A stretch of 64,000 bases of DNA. Origin: Hypanus sabinus (lineage: Eukaryota). Location: the NCBI RefSeq assembly GCF_030144855.1, contig NC_082710.1, positions 173,786,001 through 173,850,000 on the forward strand, in the 5' to 3' direction. Below the pieces are notes generated by a model. That model did not search any database. It was given only the letters and a program-made list of their open reading frames with translations, and was not told the DNA's origin. Position numbers and translations under genes: made by a program. This document shows, one piece after another, positions 51,326 to 64,000 of this stretch (positions are counted from its first letter, which is position 1; each line of letters begins with the position of its first letter).

Positions 51326-52269
51326 CTCTCTGACAGCCGCTATCATATCTGCTTCACGTTCCAGGCACCTCCCACTGTAACAAGTTTGTTTGACCATTTG
51401 GAGCTGTTAGCCCTGAGCTGGAGGACCGGTGGACCACTCTGGCATGGGTGACCCAACCGAGAGCCAAAGCATAAAGTCCTGACTCCAGCTCTGCGGGTCT
51501 CTGAGGCACGCAAGCCTCCAAACCACGACAAGACTGGGGACCTCTTCGAGGTCATAGGTTTTGTGGTCACACCTAAGATACCTAGGACATGTTTCTTAAG
51601 GTGTGGCTTAAAATTAAGTTGCATCTTTGCAGTTGTTGGTATCTCGGGTCTCTCGTTCTGATGCTCTATTCCAGATGATAAACAGGAGGCTTTACATGAA
51701 GCAGAACAGGAATCTGTTTGTTGTTTGAAGATGAGGCTCCAGGTCATGCTTAACCTCACTGTCTTTTTTCTCCATGACTAATTGTGAACCATTGATTTTG
51801 CAAGTGGCCGACACATTTGGCTGGCTTGCTGAGTAAATATTGAACACACCAGTCAGTTCAGACATCACACAGCTGGCATTAGTGCACATAACCCAGGGGA
51901 GAATGTGTATTTGACTCTGTCCCATTTTCTTTTGGGACTGGGTGGGGGAGAAGTCACACACTGTCCTCTCCCTCTCGGACACCATGTCACACACTGTCCT
52001 CTCCCTCTCTGTGACTGGAGACAAGCCAGGTAGAGATTCAACGCATTCGCAGTATCAGTGGAATCCTTTCTATCTATCTACGTAGAAATCATGTCGGGTA
52101 CTGGTGTTTCCAACAGTACAACACTCTCTCAATAAGGGCCCTGGAGGTGTTGTCCCAGATATTTCTCCTGAAGATGCTGATTAGCTTCTCATAGAGCCAC
52201 ACAGCACAGAGACAGTGTAGAGCCCCATATACTCCACAGGCCCTTAGTCTGTGGGTTTCTAAGGCTCTG

Positions 52270-52495
52270 CCTGTTAAGCTGCTGGTGTTTAGGGCAGCAA
52301 TGAAGGTCCTCCATCTCTGTCTGTCCTTGGCCATTTTCTCTATTGTGCCCCAGGTGTGGTTCATCTCTGCCTCTACAGTACCAGCTCTTTGGCCTCCCCT
52401 GTTTCCTCCACCCTTCAAGGGCCCAAGGAAGTGCTGTCTTGACGATGGAGTTGGCCTGTCTTCTCATCACATGCCCAATCCACCTCCAACAATTC
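52270..52495 (-). mobile_element. RTE-clade LINE 3' end
   Basis: WRWIGHVMRR..KTALPW..GRPK and MAKDRQRWRTFIAAL, typical of an RTE ORF C-terminus. Confidence 0.7.
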
Positions 52496-54199
52496 TGTGG
52501 GTCTCTACGTGTCGGTGTGATGCAAATTCCCACCCAGATATTTCTTAAATGCTATGAGAGTCTCTGCATCCACTGTCCCTCAGGCAGTGTTTTCAAAATT
52601 CCAACCATCCTCTGTGTGAAGGCATTGTTCCCTAGACTCCACACACCCAAATATACATTTAGAACATACAGTGCTGTGCAAAAGTCTTGGGCACATATAT
52701 ACAGTATAGCTAGGGTGCCTAATATTCTTGCATTGTACTGTAAGCTGGTCTTTGTATCATTTACTTTGACTTAATTCTGATTTGATTTGATGCACACGTT
52801 GGAAATACATCTATCTCCAACCTTTCCGTATTCGACCTTGAAACAGCAGTATTTGTGAATCTTAACTTTGTGTACTATTGGTAAACGTTACAACATACTG
52901 GGCAAAATTCTTGGGCCCCTAGCTATTAAATAATATTATCTAAAAATATAAATGTCCCTCAGACTTGTGCACAGTACTGTAGAACATAGAGCAGTACAGC
53001 ACAGTACAGCTCTTTGGCTGTATTGCTGATCTTTTACCTTGCCTCAAGATTAATCTAACCCTTCCCTCCCATGTAACTCTCCAGTTTTTCTTTCCTCCAT
53101 GTGCCTATCTAAGAGTTTCTTAAATGTGTGTGTGTGTTTGTGTGTGTGTATGTGTGTTTGGGGGGGGGGTGGAGGATCTACGTCTGACGTTCCTCCTATA
53201 CTCTCCTCTCATCACCTTAGAATTCTGCCCTCCTGTATTATTTCCACCTTGGGAAAATGCACTGGCTCTCCGCGCTGCCTATGCTTCCTATCAACACCTT
53301 CATCAAGTTGTCTCTCATCCTCCTTCTCTCCAAAGAGAAAAGCTCTAGCTGGCTCAACCTTTCCTCTCAAGACATGCTCTTTAATCCAGGCAGCATCCGC
53401 CCGAAGGATCACTGGGTCCTGAATCACCTCGACCTAAACTGTTCAGCTGCTACCATCTGGGAAACGGTACCACAGCATAAAAGCCAGGACCAACAGGCTC
53501 TGGGACAGCTTCTTCCATCAGGCCATCAGACTGTATTTCTATGTTATATTGACTATCCTGTTGTACATACTATTTAATATAAATTACTATAAATCGCACA
53601 TTTGGACAGAGACGTAATGTAAAGATTTTTACTCCTCATGTATTTGAAGGATGCAAGTAATAAGTCAATTCAATTCAATGAAGTTTCCACATTCTTCCTA
53701 TAATAAGGCAGCTATGACTGAACTCAAAATTCTAAGTGTGGTCTGACATTACCTCTCGACTCTTGAACTTAATTCCAAGACCTCATACCTCTTACCCTAA
53801 ATCCATGCCCCCTAGCTTTAGATACCTCCACGATGGAGAAATGTTTTCTGCTATTGCTGCCAAGTCTCAAGTTCCACTCCTCTGAGTCCAAAGGTCTAAG
53901 ATTGTCCCATGTGCATCCAAACATAGAAACAAACAGTGAAATGTGCCATTTACATCAAAAGCCAGTGTAGTCTGACCATTAGCTGATGGCAGCCCAGAAG
54001 TGTTTCTGTCCTTCAAAACAGCATGTCCACAACTTGTTAACCCTTGTGTCTGGAATGTGTATCAAACTGAATCACCCTGAGAAAACCCAAGCGGTCGTGG
54101 GGAGAACATGCAAACAGCGACAGGAATTCAAACCCGACTGCAGATTGCTGGCACCGAAAGGCATTGTACTGAGCACTTTGCTACTGTGCTGCCGCTATC

Positions 54200-54530
54200 A
54201 GTTCCTTTGGTAGGTGAGACTAGAACTAGGGGACATGGATTCAAGATTCAGGGGAGTAGATTTAGGATGAAGATGAGGAGGAACTGCTTTTCCCAGAGGG
54301 TGGTGAATCTGTGGAATTCTCTGCCCAGTGAAGCAGTGGAGGCTACCTCAGTAAATATATTTAAGACAAGGTTGGATAGATGTTTGCATAGCTGGGGAAT
54401 TAAAGGTTATGGGGAAAAGGCCAGTAGGTGGGGATGAGTCCATGGTCAGATCAGGCACGATCTTATTGAATGGTGGGGGCAGGCTCGACGGGCCAGATGG
54501 CCGACACCTGCCCCTATTTCTTATGTTCTT
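54200..54530 (+). mobile_element. CR1 3' end
   Basis: GETRTRGHGFKIQG..FSQRVVNLWNSLP; same subfamily as 15165-16130. Confidence 0.88.
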
Positions 54531-54779
54531 GTATAATCTTATTAATTTTATGTCTGCACAAGCACACTGCCATAAAAAGAGTTTTTGAACAAATGCATGA
54601 TGTTGAAGTTCTTCTCATGGCACAAATCCACTGCCCCCGAGAGAAGTAATGACTGAAAGATGAATACATTAACATTCTGTTAATCCACATCCTCATAGTT
54701 GTGATTGGATCAATTTGGCCAGTTTCTGGGGTTATTCCTTATAGGTACCTCCAACTCGTTTATTGTGTACAGTTTTGGT

Positions 54780-55545
54780 TAAAGGCTGGTGAAGGGGCAG
54801 GCAGTGCTGACGAAGCAGGGAGCCTGCAGAATGACTTGGACTGATTAGGAGAATGGGCAATGTAGGGAGGTGTATGGTCATGCACTTCGGTAGAAGGAAT
54901 AAAGGTGTAGACTATTTTCTATGTACAGAGTGGATTCAGAAATCTGAGCTGCAAAGGGACATAGTGCAGGATTTCCTGAAGGTTAACTTGCAGGCTGAGT
55001 CAGCTGTAAGGAAGGCAAATGCAATGCTAGCACTCATTTTGTGAGGACCAGAATATGTAAGCAATTATAGTAGATATACTGTAATAGAATATAAACGCAA
55101 GGATGTAATGTCGAGGATTTATTAGGCATTGGTCAGATCAAGTTTGTATTGTGAGCGGTTCTGGGCTCCATATTTACAAAAGGATGTGCTCGCATCGGAG
55201 AGAGTCCTAGTCTCTCGGAGAGAGTCCAGGTGTCTCGGAGAGAGAGGGTCCCGGTGTCTCGGAGAGAGAGAGAGTCCCGGTGTCTCGGAGAGAGAGAGAG
55301 CGGATAGGGTTAACCTACAGGGAACGTTTGATGTCTCTGCGCCTGTTCTGCTGGAGTTTAGAAGAATGGGGGGGGGGTAGTCTCAGTGAAACTTGTCAAA
55401 TATTGAAAGGCCTATCTCGAGGAGAGTGATGTTTCCTGTAACTGGGGAGTCACGGACCAGAGGGCATTGTACTGTATCAGAACAGAAGGGCATCCATTTA
55501 GAAGTCAGGAAGGATTTCTTCAGCCACAGCGTGGTGAAACTGTGC
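54780..55545 (+). mobile_element. Decayed CR1 with internal (TCTCGGAGAGAG..) tandem expansion
   Basis: MHFGRRNK and KDVLASERV motifs; ~5 repeat units at 55195-55300. Confidence 0.72.
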
Positions 55546-55953
55546 TTTCCCTGTAGCTGTTAAACTTATTTCTGCATTATGTTATTGTTTTACCTTGTTC
55601 TCCCTCAGTGCAATGTGCAATACAGTAATGCAAGACAAGCTTTTCACTGTACACGTTACAATAATAAACCAATTCAATTCAATTTCATCTGAGCCGGATG
55701 CCGAATCATTGGGGTTTTAGAATAGCCGGATAATGTATTAAGTTTCTCTCTAACTCTCAGTGGAGGCCGAGGGTTGCTCCGTTTGAATGAAATTGACCTC
55801 TTGCAGCGGCGGCAGTGGGTGGGACAGAGTGAATCGGGCTGCAGTTCGCGTTGATGAGTCTCTGCTTTAATGAGCCCCGAAGCTTGGCAGAACACACAGT
55901 TCGACTGTCTCTCACCGGGGCCCATCTCGGGATTATGCGCTGGCCGAGACCGG

Positions 55954-56395
55954 ATGGCATCTCCAGAGCTGAGCCGACTGGTGGAGCATCTTCCCCGGGA
56001 TAAGAGGCAGCAGCAGCCCCGGTCTCCGCCTCGGACTTTCCTCTTCAATCTGCGGACTCTATTCGACATTTTGGAGCAACAGAGCGGGGGTACGGTCGAA
56101 CTGCGCGACATCGAGAGGGGCTGGCCGGACGACAGTAGCCGGGAGCCAGCTCTCCCGCCCGGTCTCATTCCCTGCCTGCGCCGGGTAGCCGATCCCGGGG
56201 GTCGCCTCACTTTTCCCCGCTTGCTGGCCGGAATCAGGACGGCGCTGGAGCAGGATACCGAGCCGGAAGGGGCAACACCTACTAGAGAGCAGCAATACCG
56301 AGCAAAACCCTCCCCTCCGACCGGCTTCGTGCTCCGAGAACCCGGGGCACAGGGGAGTAATGCCCCGGTAAGAGACAGCGGGAACCGCGCACAGG
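55954..56395 (+). CDS. SAPCD2: First coding exon of a suppressor APC domain-containing (SAPCD2-like) gene; SAPCD1 vs SAPCD2 unresolved
   Basis: PRTFLFNLRTLFDILEQQSGGTVELRDIERGW..LPPGLIPCLRRVADPGGRLTFPRLLAGIRTAL matches the recalled SAPCD2 N-terminus (PRAFLQSLRTLFDILD..VHLREIESRW..LTFERFVAGLRTSL). CpG-rich; donor G|GTAAGT at 56395/56396; alternative ATG at 55870. Confidence 0.75.
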
Positions 56396-58709
56396 GTAAG
56401 TGCCAGGGTTTTACTTTTTCAAAATAAAAGAACAGTCCCTGAGACCGCAGCTGTGCACAGCGTGGGTGAGCGTCAGCTTGTTAATAGGATTTATCAGCAG
56501 CCCCGAGACGGTGGGCAGTGTGTGTGTGAGATTATTAATACATTTTCTTAATAACCAGTGGCGAGCCAGCCGGCGCGGGGCGAGCAACGATTAAATGGAC
56601 AGGTCAGAAAATCATCAGCCAGCACAGAGAGCGTGTACGCGTTAGCCTTTTATTAAAATCCCTCTTTAATAAGAGCTACTAGAGAGCAAGAACTTCACCG
56701 GGGCCTGTGACTCTCTGGTTATTAACGGTGTTAATAGATCTAATTAAAATAAGATTGATATCGTTTTTGTTAAGTTGCAGTCCAATCAAATCGGAGGACC
56801 AACAACCCGCAATGAATGTTTGTCTTGTAATTTTATTAAAACCGCTTGAGGTTCGTCACAAGACGAACCAGTCCGTGGATAGAATTAAACGGCAAAATTA
56901 TAACCAATATTTTGGCAGGAGGGACACGGTGCGTAAATGCTAGATTATTAACAATAAAACACAGCGGGAGAAATCAGGCCAGTCAGCCCATCGATTCTAT
57001 CACGGCTGATATATTTTCCCTCTCAACCCCACTCTCCTGCCTTTTCCCGTAAATTTTGACGCTGACTAATCAATAATTCCACATCTCAGTCTGAGATGTA
57101 ACTGAATATAAATTTTCAGGCGGCAAGCACCAATTTATCAATAGTACATTTTATTTTATATAAATAATATTTTATTATGTAATTTTATTTTATGTAGGCG
57201 ACAGAAACTGGGGCCGTAGGGCAGAATGAATACGATGATCAATTATATTCTAGTGCCAGCCATGGCCTGTTCCCAAGGGATTTTGTTAGGTCATTTTTAT
57301 TTTCATTTTACACATAATAGGTAATTTGTTTTTGTCAAAATAACTGAAGTAACTTTACAGAAATAAGCGCGTCATCATTTTCATAACATCCACCAGTTCA
57401 CCCTTGAGCCCATTATTTCTTTTCGAAACTTAGCCTATCGCTCTGTTTATCTCTCTGTTCTCTCTTTGTGTCTGTCCCTTTTTTCCGTCCTGTCTCTATC
57501 TCTCGGTCGGAGGCCTCTTTCCTGATTGCGGCTGACTGACTGCCGAGACACAACCCTCCGTCGCCGAGTCGCCAAATGTCAACCGTTCTCAATCAGCGAC
57601 CCAGGAAAAAGTTGACGTGCTTTGTTCGAGCGCGTACACGCACACAGCGGCAGGCGAGAACGTGTTGGAAACGGTCCAGTTCTTATAAAGAGCAGCTGTG
57701 TTGTATTCTGCGGAGCGAGAGGGTGGGAGCTAGGGGATTGGGGGGTGTCTGTACATGAGATGCAATTCGCCAGAGCAAGTCAGAACACGTGTCGGTGTTG
57801 TTTACTGGCGGCGCTGGAATCGTGAAGCTCAGAGAGCCAGGCGCTCTAAAGCTGGCGAGCACTCCTGACTACAGATGCTGGAATCTGGGGCAACTCAGCG
57901 GGTCAGGCAGTATCAGGTTTCGTGTTTATTGCTCTCATAGGCATGTGTGCACTGGCTGACAAACGCTGTGAAACTCTTGTTTTTGCAGCAGTACAGAACA
58001 TTAGACTCTGAATGGGATTTATTACAGAACCGCTGATTTATAAGGTGTGAAACGTGTTGCTTTTCCGCGGCAGTCCAAAGACGCGGCATAAAAAGACACT
58101 GCAGCCATGACAAACATAAACTAAACTAACATAAATGTTCACGTAAACTTATTAATGTATTGTAATTCTAGTCCCATTTGCCCGTGCTTGACCCGCATCT
58201 GAATCGGAATGAGGCTTGTATGTGTCGTGAAGTTTGTTACATAAAAATATAATAAATTACAATAAAAATATATGTTATAACTAGTGCAAAAAGGGCAAAA
58301 CAATGAGATACTGTTCATGGGTTCATGGACAGTTCAGAAATCCGATCTCTCGAAAGCTTTCCATGTACTTATCCAAGTGACTTTTAAACGTTCTTATAGT
58401 TCTTGCTTAACCACTTCTCTGGCAGCTCAAAGTAATTTCATTTTCAAATTACATGTATGTCAGCATATACAACCCTGAGGTTCATCGCCTTGTGGGCATA
58501 ATCAATAAATCATATTAGAATCAGTGAAAGACCACACCAGCCTGGGCGTTCAGCCGCAGTACAAAAGACAACAAGCTGCAAATACAAAAAGAGAAAAAAA
58601 TAATAAATAAATTAAATAAACAGGCAATAAATGTGGGTAAATTAGATGAAGAGCCATTGAAAGTGAGTCAGGAAACCATCAAATTCTGCCATAAATATAC
58701 ACACTGACT

Positions 58710-59005
58710 TTGCCTCCACCACAGTCTGTGGCAGAGCATTTCACAGATTTTCTGTTCTCTGGCTGAAAATTCCTCCTTACCTCTGTCCTAATGGGTCGCC
58801 CCTCAAAGTTTGAGGCTGCTCCTTCTAGCCCGCGATTTACCCCCCCCCCCCCATAGGGACCACCTTCTCCACATCCACCCTATCTAATGCTTTCAACATT
58901 TGGTAAATTTCAATGAGATCACCCCACATTCTTCTAAATTCCAGTGAGTACAGGCCCAAAGCTGCCAAATGCTCCTCGTATGTTAACCCCTTCATTTGGG
59001 GAATC
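58710..59005 (-). mobile_element. CR1 3' fragment
   Basis: MKGLTYEEHLAALGLYSLEFRRMWGDLIEIYQML. Confidence 0.8.
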
Positions 59006-61789
59006 ACGGAGAACAGCAAAGTGCTTTGGGCAACACACACACACACAGGTTGCTGGAGAAACTCAGCAATTCGGGCAGCATCTATGGAGGGGAATAAACG
59101 GGTGAAATTTCAGGCTTGGGCTCGTCATCAGGACTGGAAAGGAAAAGGGCAAAAGACAGGGTAAGGAGGTGCGTGAGGAAGAGAGTTAAAAGCAGGCAAG
59201 TGATAGACATCAACGTGATTGGCATAAGGCTAATACAGTGGCAGTGAACTGGATTCGGTTCCCACTGCTATTGGTAAGGCGTTTGTAATTTTTCCCTGTG
59301 ATTGTGTGTTTCCTCCCAGTGCTCCAGTTTCCTCCCACATTCCAAAGAGGTACAGGTTAGTAGATTAATTGGTCACACGGGTGTAATGGCCCAATTTTTC
59401 CTGCCCTATGGCTGACATGGGGGAGTTGCAGAAACGTTAATGATGAGGAATTTTCAGCTGTAGGGACACTATTATTAGACGTTACTGACAGCAGGGAAGA
59501 GTAGCAGTTACAGAAACTGTCTTGTAGCTCCAGGGATCAGCATTCGATTCCTGCCGCCATCCATAAGGAGTTTGTGCATTCTCCCATTGACTGCACCGTT
59601 TCCTCCGACTGCTCCAGTTGTTGCCCGTATTCCAAAGTCATAGGATTGGGGCTAAATAAGCTGCAGGCACGATGTGTTTTTACCAGAAGTGTGGCAATGC
59701 TTGTGGACTGCTCCCAGTGCAATACTTGATTTGGTTGAATGCAAACGACACATTGCATTGTATGAGTCAAAGTAGATTTGGCAACTAAAGTGAATCGTTA
59801 TCTTTGTTGATGCAGACTAAAGGACTTGCACAAAGCTGATCATCCTGAACTGGGCAGGAAAGGGAAGGCTTAGCCCAGTCCTATCTGATCTGACCCCCTT
59901 CTGCTAGCTTGTCTCCAACTGGTACATTGTAAAAAGAAACACCAGCATGTTTGCCCAATACAAATGATTCAATACACCCAAAGCTCTTTTACAGCCATTC
60001 CACACTTTGCAGTGCGTTCTCCGTTGTGGATTTGGTAGTCAATCCGTGGACAGTGAATTGCCCCGAGGTGTAGTGATGTTATTAATTTCCAGATACCTTA
60101 CTTTAACTGAGTTGTTTAGGATGCAGAAAAAGAACTTAAGCCAGTAACATAGAAACATTTACAGCACAGTACAGACCCTTCAGCCCACAATCTTGTGCTG
60201 ATCCTTTAACAATTGCTTTAAGTTACAATAAGACCATAAGAGATAGGAGCAGAATTAGGCCATTCAGCTCATCCTATCTGCTTCTACATAAGTAGTGCAA
60301 AAAGAGAGCATATTTATGAGGTAGTGTTCATGGACCACTCAGAAATATGATGGCAGAGAGGAACAGACTGTCCTAAATTGTTGCGTCTGTGTTGTTAGGC
60401 TGCTGTTCCTCCTGAGAGTAGTAATGAGATGTGTGGTGAAGGTCTTTAATGATGGATGCCTGCCTTCTGAAGATGTCCTCGAAGCTTGGAAGACTCATGC
60501 GTCTGATGGAACCGGCTGCAACCCTCTGCAGCTTTTTCCAATCCCATGCATTGGCCCCTCTGTACCATCTCCACGGTCCATCTGTAGAAACTTGCTAGCA
60601 TCTTTGGTGGCGTATCAAATCTCCTCAAACTCCTAATTAAGTACAGCTTCATAATATGTTGAGTCCAGAATAGATTCCCCCAAGATGCTGATCCCCCAAG
60701 AAGCTGCTCAAACCTTGAAGTTGAAAATAAATTTTTCAAAGTATGTATATGTCACCTTGAGGTTCATTATCTTGCAGGTATTTACAGGAAAATAATTTCT
60801 AAAAAAAACAACAGAATTCATGTAAAACTCTAAATAACGAAGACTGACAAAGAAAACATTGTTCAATGTGCTCACCCTTTCCATGGCTGAGTGTTAACGG
60901 AGCAGCGGAAATCCAAGTTACAAGTGATGAGAGACTCCAGAAGGATTTGACGAGTTAAGCCTGGCGTCATCACTAATCCGACGTATCTCATACAGGAATA
61001 ACATAAGTTAATTGCTGGATTGTAGGCACAGGGTTCTAATCCAGCCATTGTAAATTGGGTATTGCTGCAGATTCTCCATGACCTGGAATACTGATATGTG
61101 GTGGGGGATTACTGGGGATCTGTCAGAGCTGATTGTAATGGGTGCTGATGGTGGTGCAGCAGGATTTGTAGCAGTAATCTTGTGATTTAAGAGGTCACAT
61201 TGAGACATTAACGCAGGGAAGCAGGCGAGACTCGCCTGACTGATTTAAAAGAAAACACACAACATCAGAAATGGGTTGGGATGGTGGTGAGCATTTTGCA
61301 CGTTGGACTATACAAGCTGCTTTATTCCTGATGCTACATCCAAAACGGCAAAGGTAGCTCTTCTTAAAATACAGTCAGTGCCAGATAATGTAGAGGCAGC
61401 TCTGAAGCAGCCAGAAAGTATTGTGAGCAGCTTTGTGGCAGAATGCAGATACGTCTCGACCAAAGGAGATATAAAGCACTCATTTCTTCTGCTAGCCTGC
61501 AGGTCCCCTTTGGGAAAGGTGTAGCACCTGTTGAGCCCCCACTCCCCCCAGTCAGAGTCTCGTGAAGCAGTGGTAGTGTGTAGTGGATGGTCGTCTGAGC
61601 AGCTGCTGCATATCACCCGTCCCGGTGATGTGACCACTGACGCTAGGCAGGCAATCTCTGAAGAGCATTGAGAATGGCTGCAGTCACCCATCTTGTAAAG
61701 ACACCGCCCAGAAGGCAATGGCAAACCACTTCAGTAGAAACATTTGCCAAGAACAATCATGATCGCCTGCATCACACGACACAGCATGA

Positions 61790-63370
61790 ATCTGGGAAAG
61801 GATGTGCTGGCATTGGAGAAATTCCAGAGGTGATTTACAAGAATGATCCCAGGAATGAAAGACCTGCTGAGTTTGTATGCGAGAAGAGTTTGATGGCTCT
61901 GGGCCTGTACTCACTGAAGCCTGGAAGAATGAGGGGGTAAATCTCACTGTAGCCTACCGAATACTGAAAAGCCTAAATAGAGTCAACAAGGAGAGGATGT
62001 TTCCAATATTCGGGGGAGTCTCAGACCGGAGGGCACTGCTTCAGAATAGAAGGATGTCCCTTAGGAACTGAGATGCGGAGGAATTTCTTTAGCCAGAGGT
62101 GGTGAATCTGTGGAATTAATTGCCACAGGTGGCGATGGAGGTCAAGTCATTGGGTGTATTTACAGCGGAGGTTGATAGTTACCTAACTAAAGTATCAAAG
62201 GTTATGTGAAGAAGGCAGGAGAATGGAGTTAAGAGGAATAATAATTCAGCCATAATCAGTTGGCAGAGCAGATTCGATAGGCTGAATGGCTTAATTTTGC
62301 TCATATGTCTTATGGTCTGAAACAGTATTGAGATAATGACAAAGTGATAATGATATTGTGCACAGTTTTGGTCACCACATTATAGGAAAGATGTCATTAA
62401 GCTGGAAACAGACCACAGAAGATTTAGACAAATATTTCCAGGACTTGAGGGCCCTGAGTTATAGGGAACGGTTGGGCAGGGGAGGGCTTGATCCTTAGAA
62501 GTTAGCGGACAGTAGGGTGATCTTATAGAGGTGTCTAAAATTGTAGATGGGGTGTTTAGGAAGAGGGATAGTGTGTTATCTTTCATTAGGCAGGGGATTA
62601 ATCAGCCTTGGTAATGTAACCATAAAGCTCTGGTTACATCACACTTGGAATATTGTGTTCAGTTCCGATGAGGAATCCTTAGAGAGGGTGCATAGGAGAT
62701 TTATCAGTATGGTGCCCGGACTAGAGGACATCTCTTGTGAAGACAGGTTGAGTGAGCTAATGCTTTTCCCTTTGGAGTAGAGAAGGTTGAATGTGACAAT
62801 GTACAAGATGATAAGAGTCCTAGTAGAGTGGAAAGAAATGGCTAAGGTAAGGAGGTAAATTTTTGAGGTGATTGGAGGAAGGATTGGGAGGGTGACTATC
62901 GGAGCTAAGTCCTTTACACAGAGAATGGTGGGAGTGTGGAACGCCCAGCCAGGAGTGACAGGAGTAGATGAAAGGTCAGCATAACACCGTGGGCTGAAGG
63001 TACTGTACTGTTCTTGTGTTTCAAAATTATAAGGAGCATGGATAGGGTGAGTGTACAGTTTTTCTCTCCAGAGATGGGGAACCAAATCTCGAGGGCTTAG
63101 GCTAAAGGTGAGAGGGGAAGGATTAAAAAAACCTGAGAGGCAACTGCTTTGTACAGAGAGTGGTGTGCATATGGAACGATGTGCCAGAGGAAGTGGTTGT
63201 GGCAGATACAATGACAATTGAAAGGCCCTTGGTTAAGTACAAGAATGGGAATGGTTGAGTGGGATATGAGCTTAACACAGGCAATTGGAACTAACTTGGG
63301 TGGGCACAAAGGTCAGTATGGATGAGTGGGGCTGAAGGGCCTGATTCCTACTGTATTGTCGTACGACTCT
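61790..63370 (+). mobile_element. Stacked CR1 3' fragments
   Basis: Repeated ALGLYSL, LERVHRRF and FTQRMVGVWN motifs with CR1 3' UTRs. Confidence 0.72.
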
Positions 63371-63453
63371 ATGGTAACCCAATGTGTTTCTTTTGCACAA
63401 GAGATTCGGAAGAAGCTGGAAAGCTGGCTCGTACTCCTTCCTCACTCACCCAC

Positions 63454-63772
63454 CTTCCCGTTCACCTGATTTCCCCCATCACCTGCCAATTCGTTCTCCT
63501 TCCCCTTCACCTGATTTCCCCATCACCTGCCAATTCATACTCCTTCCCCTTCACCTGATTTCCCCCATCACCTGCCAATTCATACTCCTTCCCCTTCACC
63601 TGATTTCCCCCATCACCTGCCAATTCGTACTCCTTCCGCTTCACCTGATTTCCCCCATCACCTGCCAATTCATACTCCTTCCCCTTCACCTGATTTCCCC
63701 CATCATCTGCCAATTCATACTCCTTCCCCTTCACCTGATTTCCCCCATCACCTGCCAGTTCATACTCCTTCC
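63454..63772. repeat. Minisatellite, ~7 x 45 bp, within a Penelope-like terminal region
   Basis: Unit CTTCCCCTTCACCTGATTTCCCCCATCACCTGCCAATTCATACTC; followed by a degenerate hammerhead CTGATGAAGGGTCTCAGCCGAAA at ~63821. Confidence 0.9.
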
Positions 63773-64000
63773 ACTCCCCTCAATTCCTTGTTCTAACTTC
63801 TCCCTTCTTCTTTTCCGGTTCTGATGAAGGGTCTCAGCCGAAAACAGCAACTTTTTATTCCTCTTTGTATTTGCTGCCTCATCAGCTGCACTTCTGCAGC
63901 AGTGTGTGTGACTGTGCGTGCGTGATTGTGTGTGTGTGTGTGTGTGCACACGCGTTGCTAGCATCTGCACTCTTTTGCTTATGAAATTTCTTAGATAACT

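Noticed and set aside
61008-61208. Possible minus-strand terminal exon (VMENLQQYPIYNGWIRTLCL) and small hairpin at ~61014-61045
   Set aside because: No recognisable homology and no partner exons.
63384-63824. 146-aa ORF with 15-aa repeats
   Set aside because: Product of the 45-bp minisatellite inside a retroelement end.

Overview
Vertebrate genomic DNA, very likely a cartilaginous fish and probably a ray, judged from the CR1, Rex1/Babar, V-SINE and Penelope-like repeats. The first ~43 kb holds a dispersed, repeat-interrupted cluster of intronless histone genes. Each intact gene ends in a replication-dependent-type 3' stem-loop, yet none encodes a canonical vertebrate histone. There are two H4 variants, an H2A variant, a strongly divergent H2B with testis-H2B-like changes, an H1 with an intact winged helix and an arginine-rich protamine-like tail, and two paralogous H1-derived proteins with an eroded winged helix (one carries nine 11-aa RKRA..AKPT repeats). 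An H2A pseudogene and faint H2B/H3 relics are also present, but no intact H3. The best hypothesis is a co-located variant (probably germline) chromatin toolkit that includes H1-to-protamine-like intermediates; this is inference, with no expression data. The first coding exon of a SAPCD-family gene lies at ~55.9-56.4 kb. The rest is mostly decayed retroelements, some carrying minimal hammerhead ribozyme motifs. Repeat boundaries are approximate and all alignments were done by eye.
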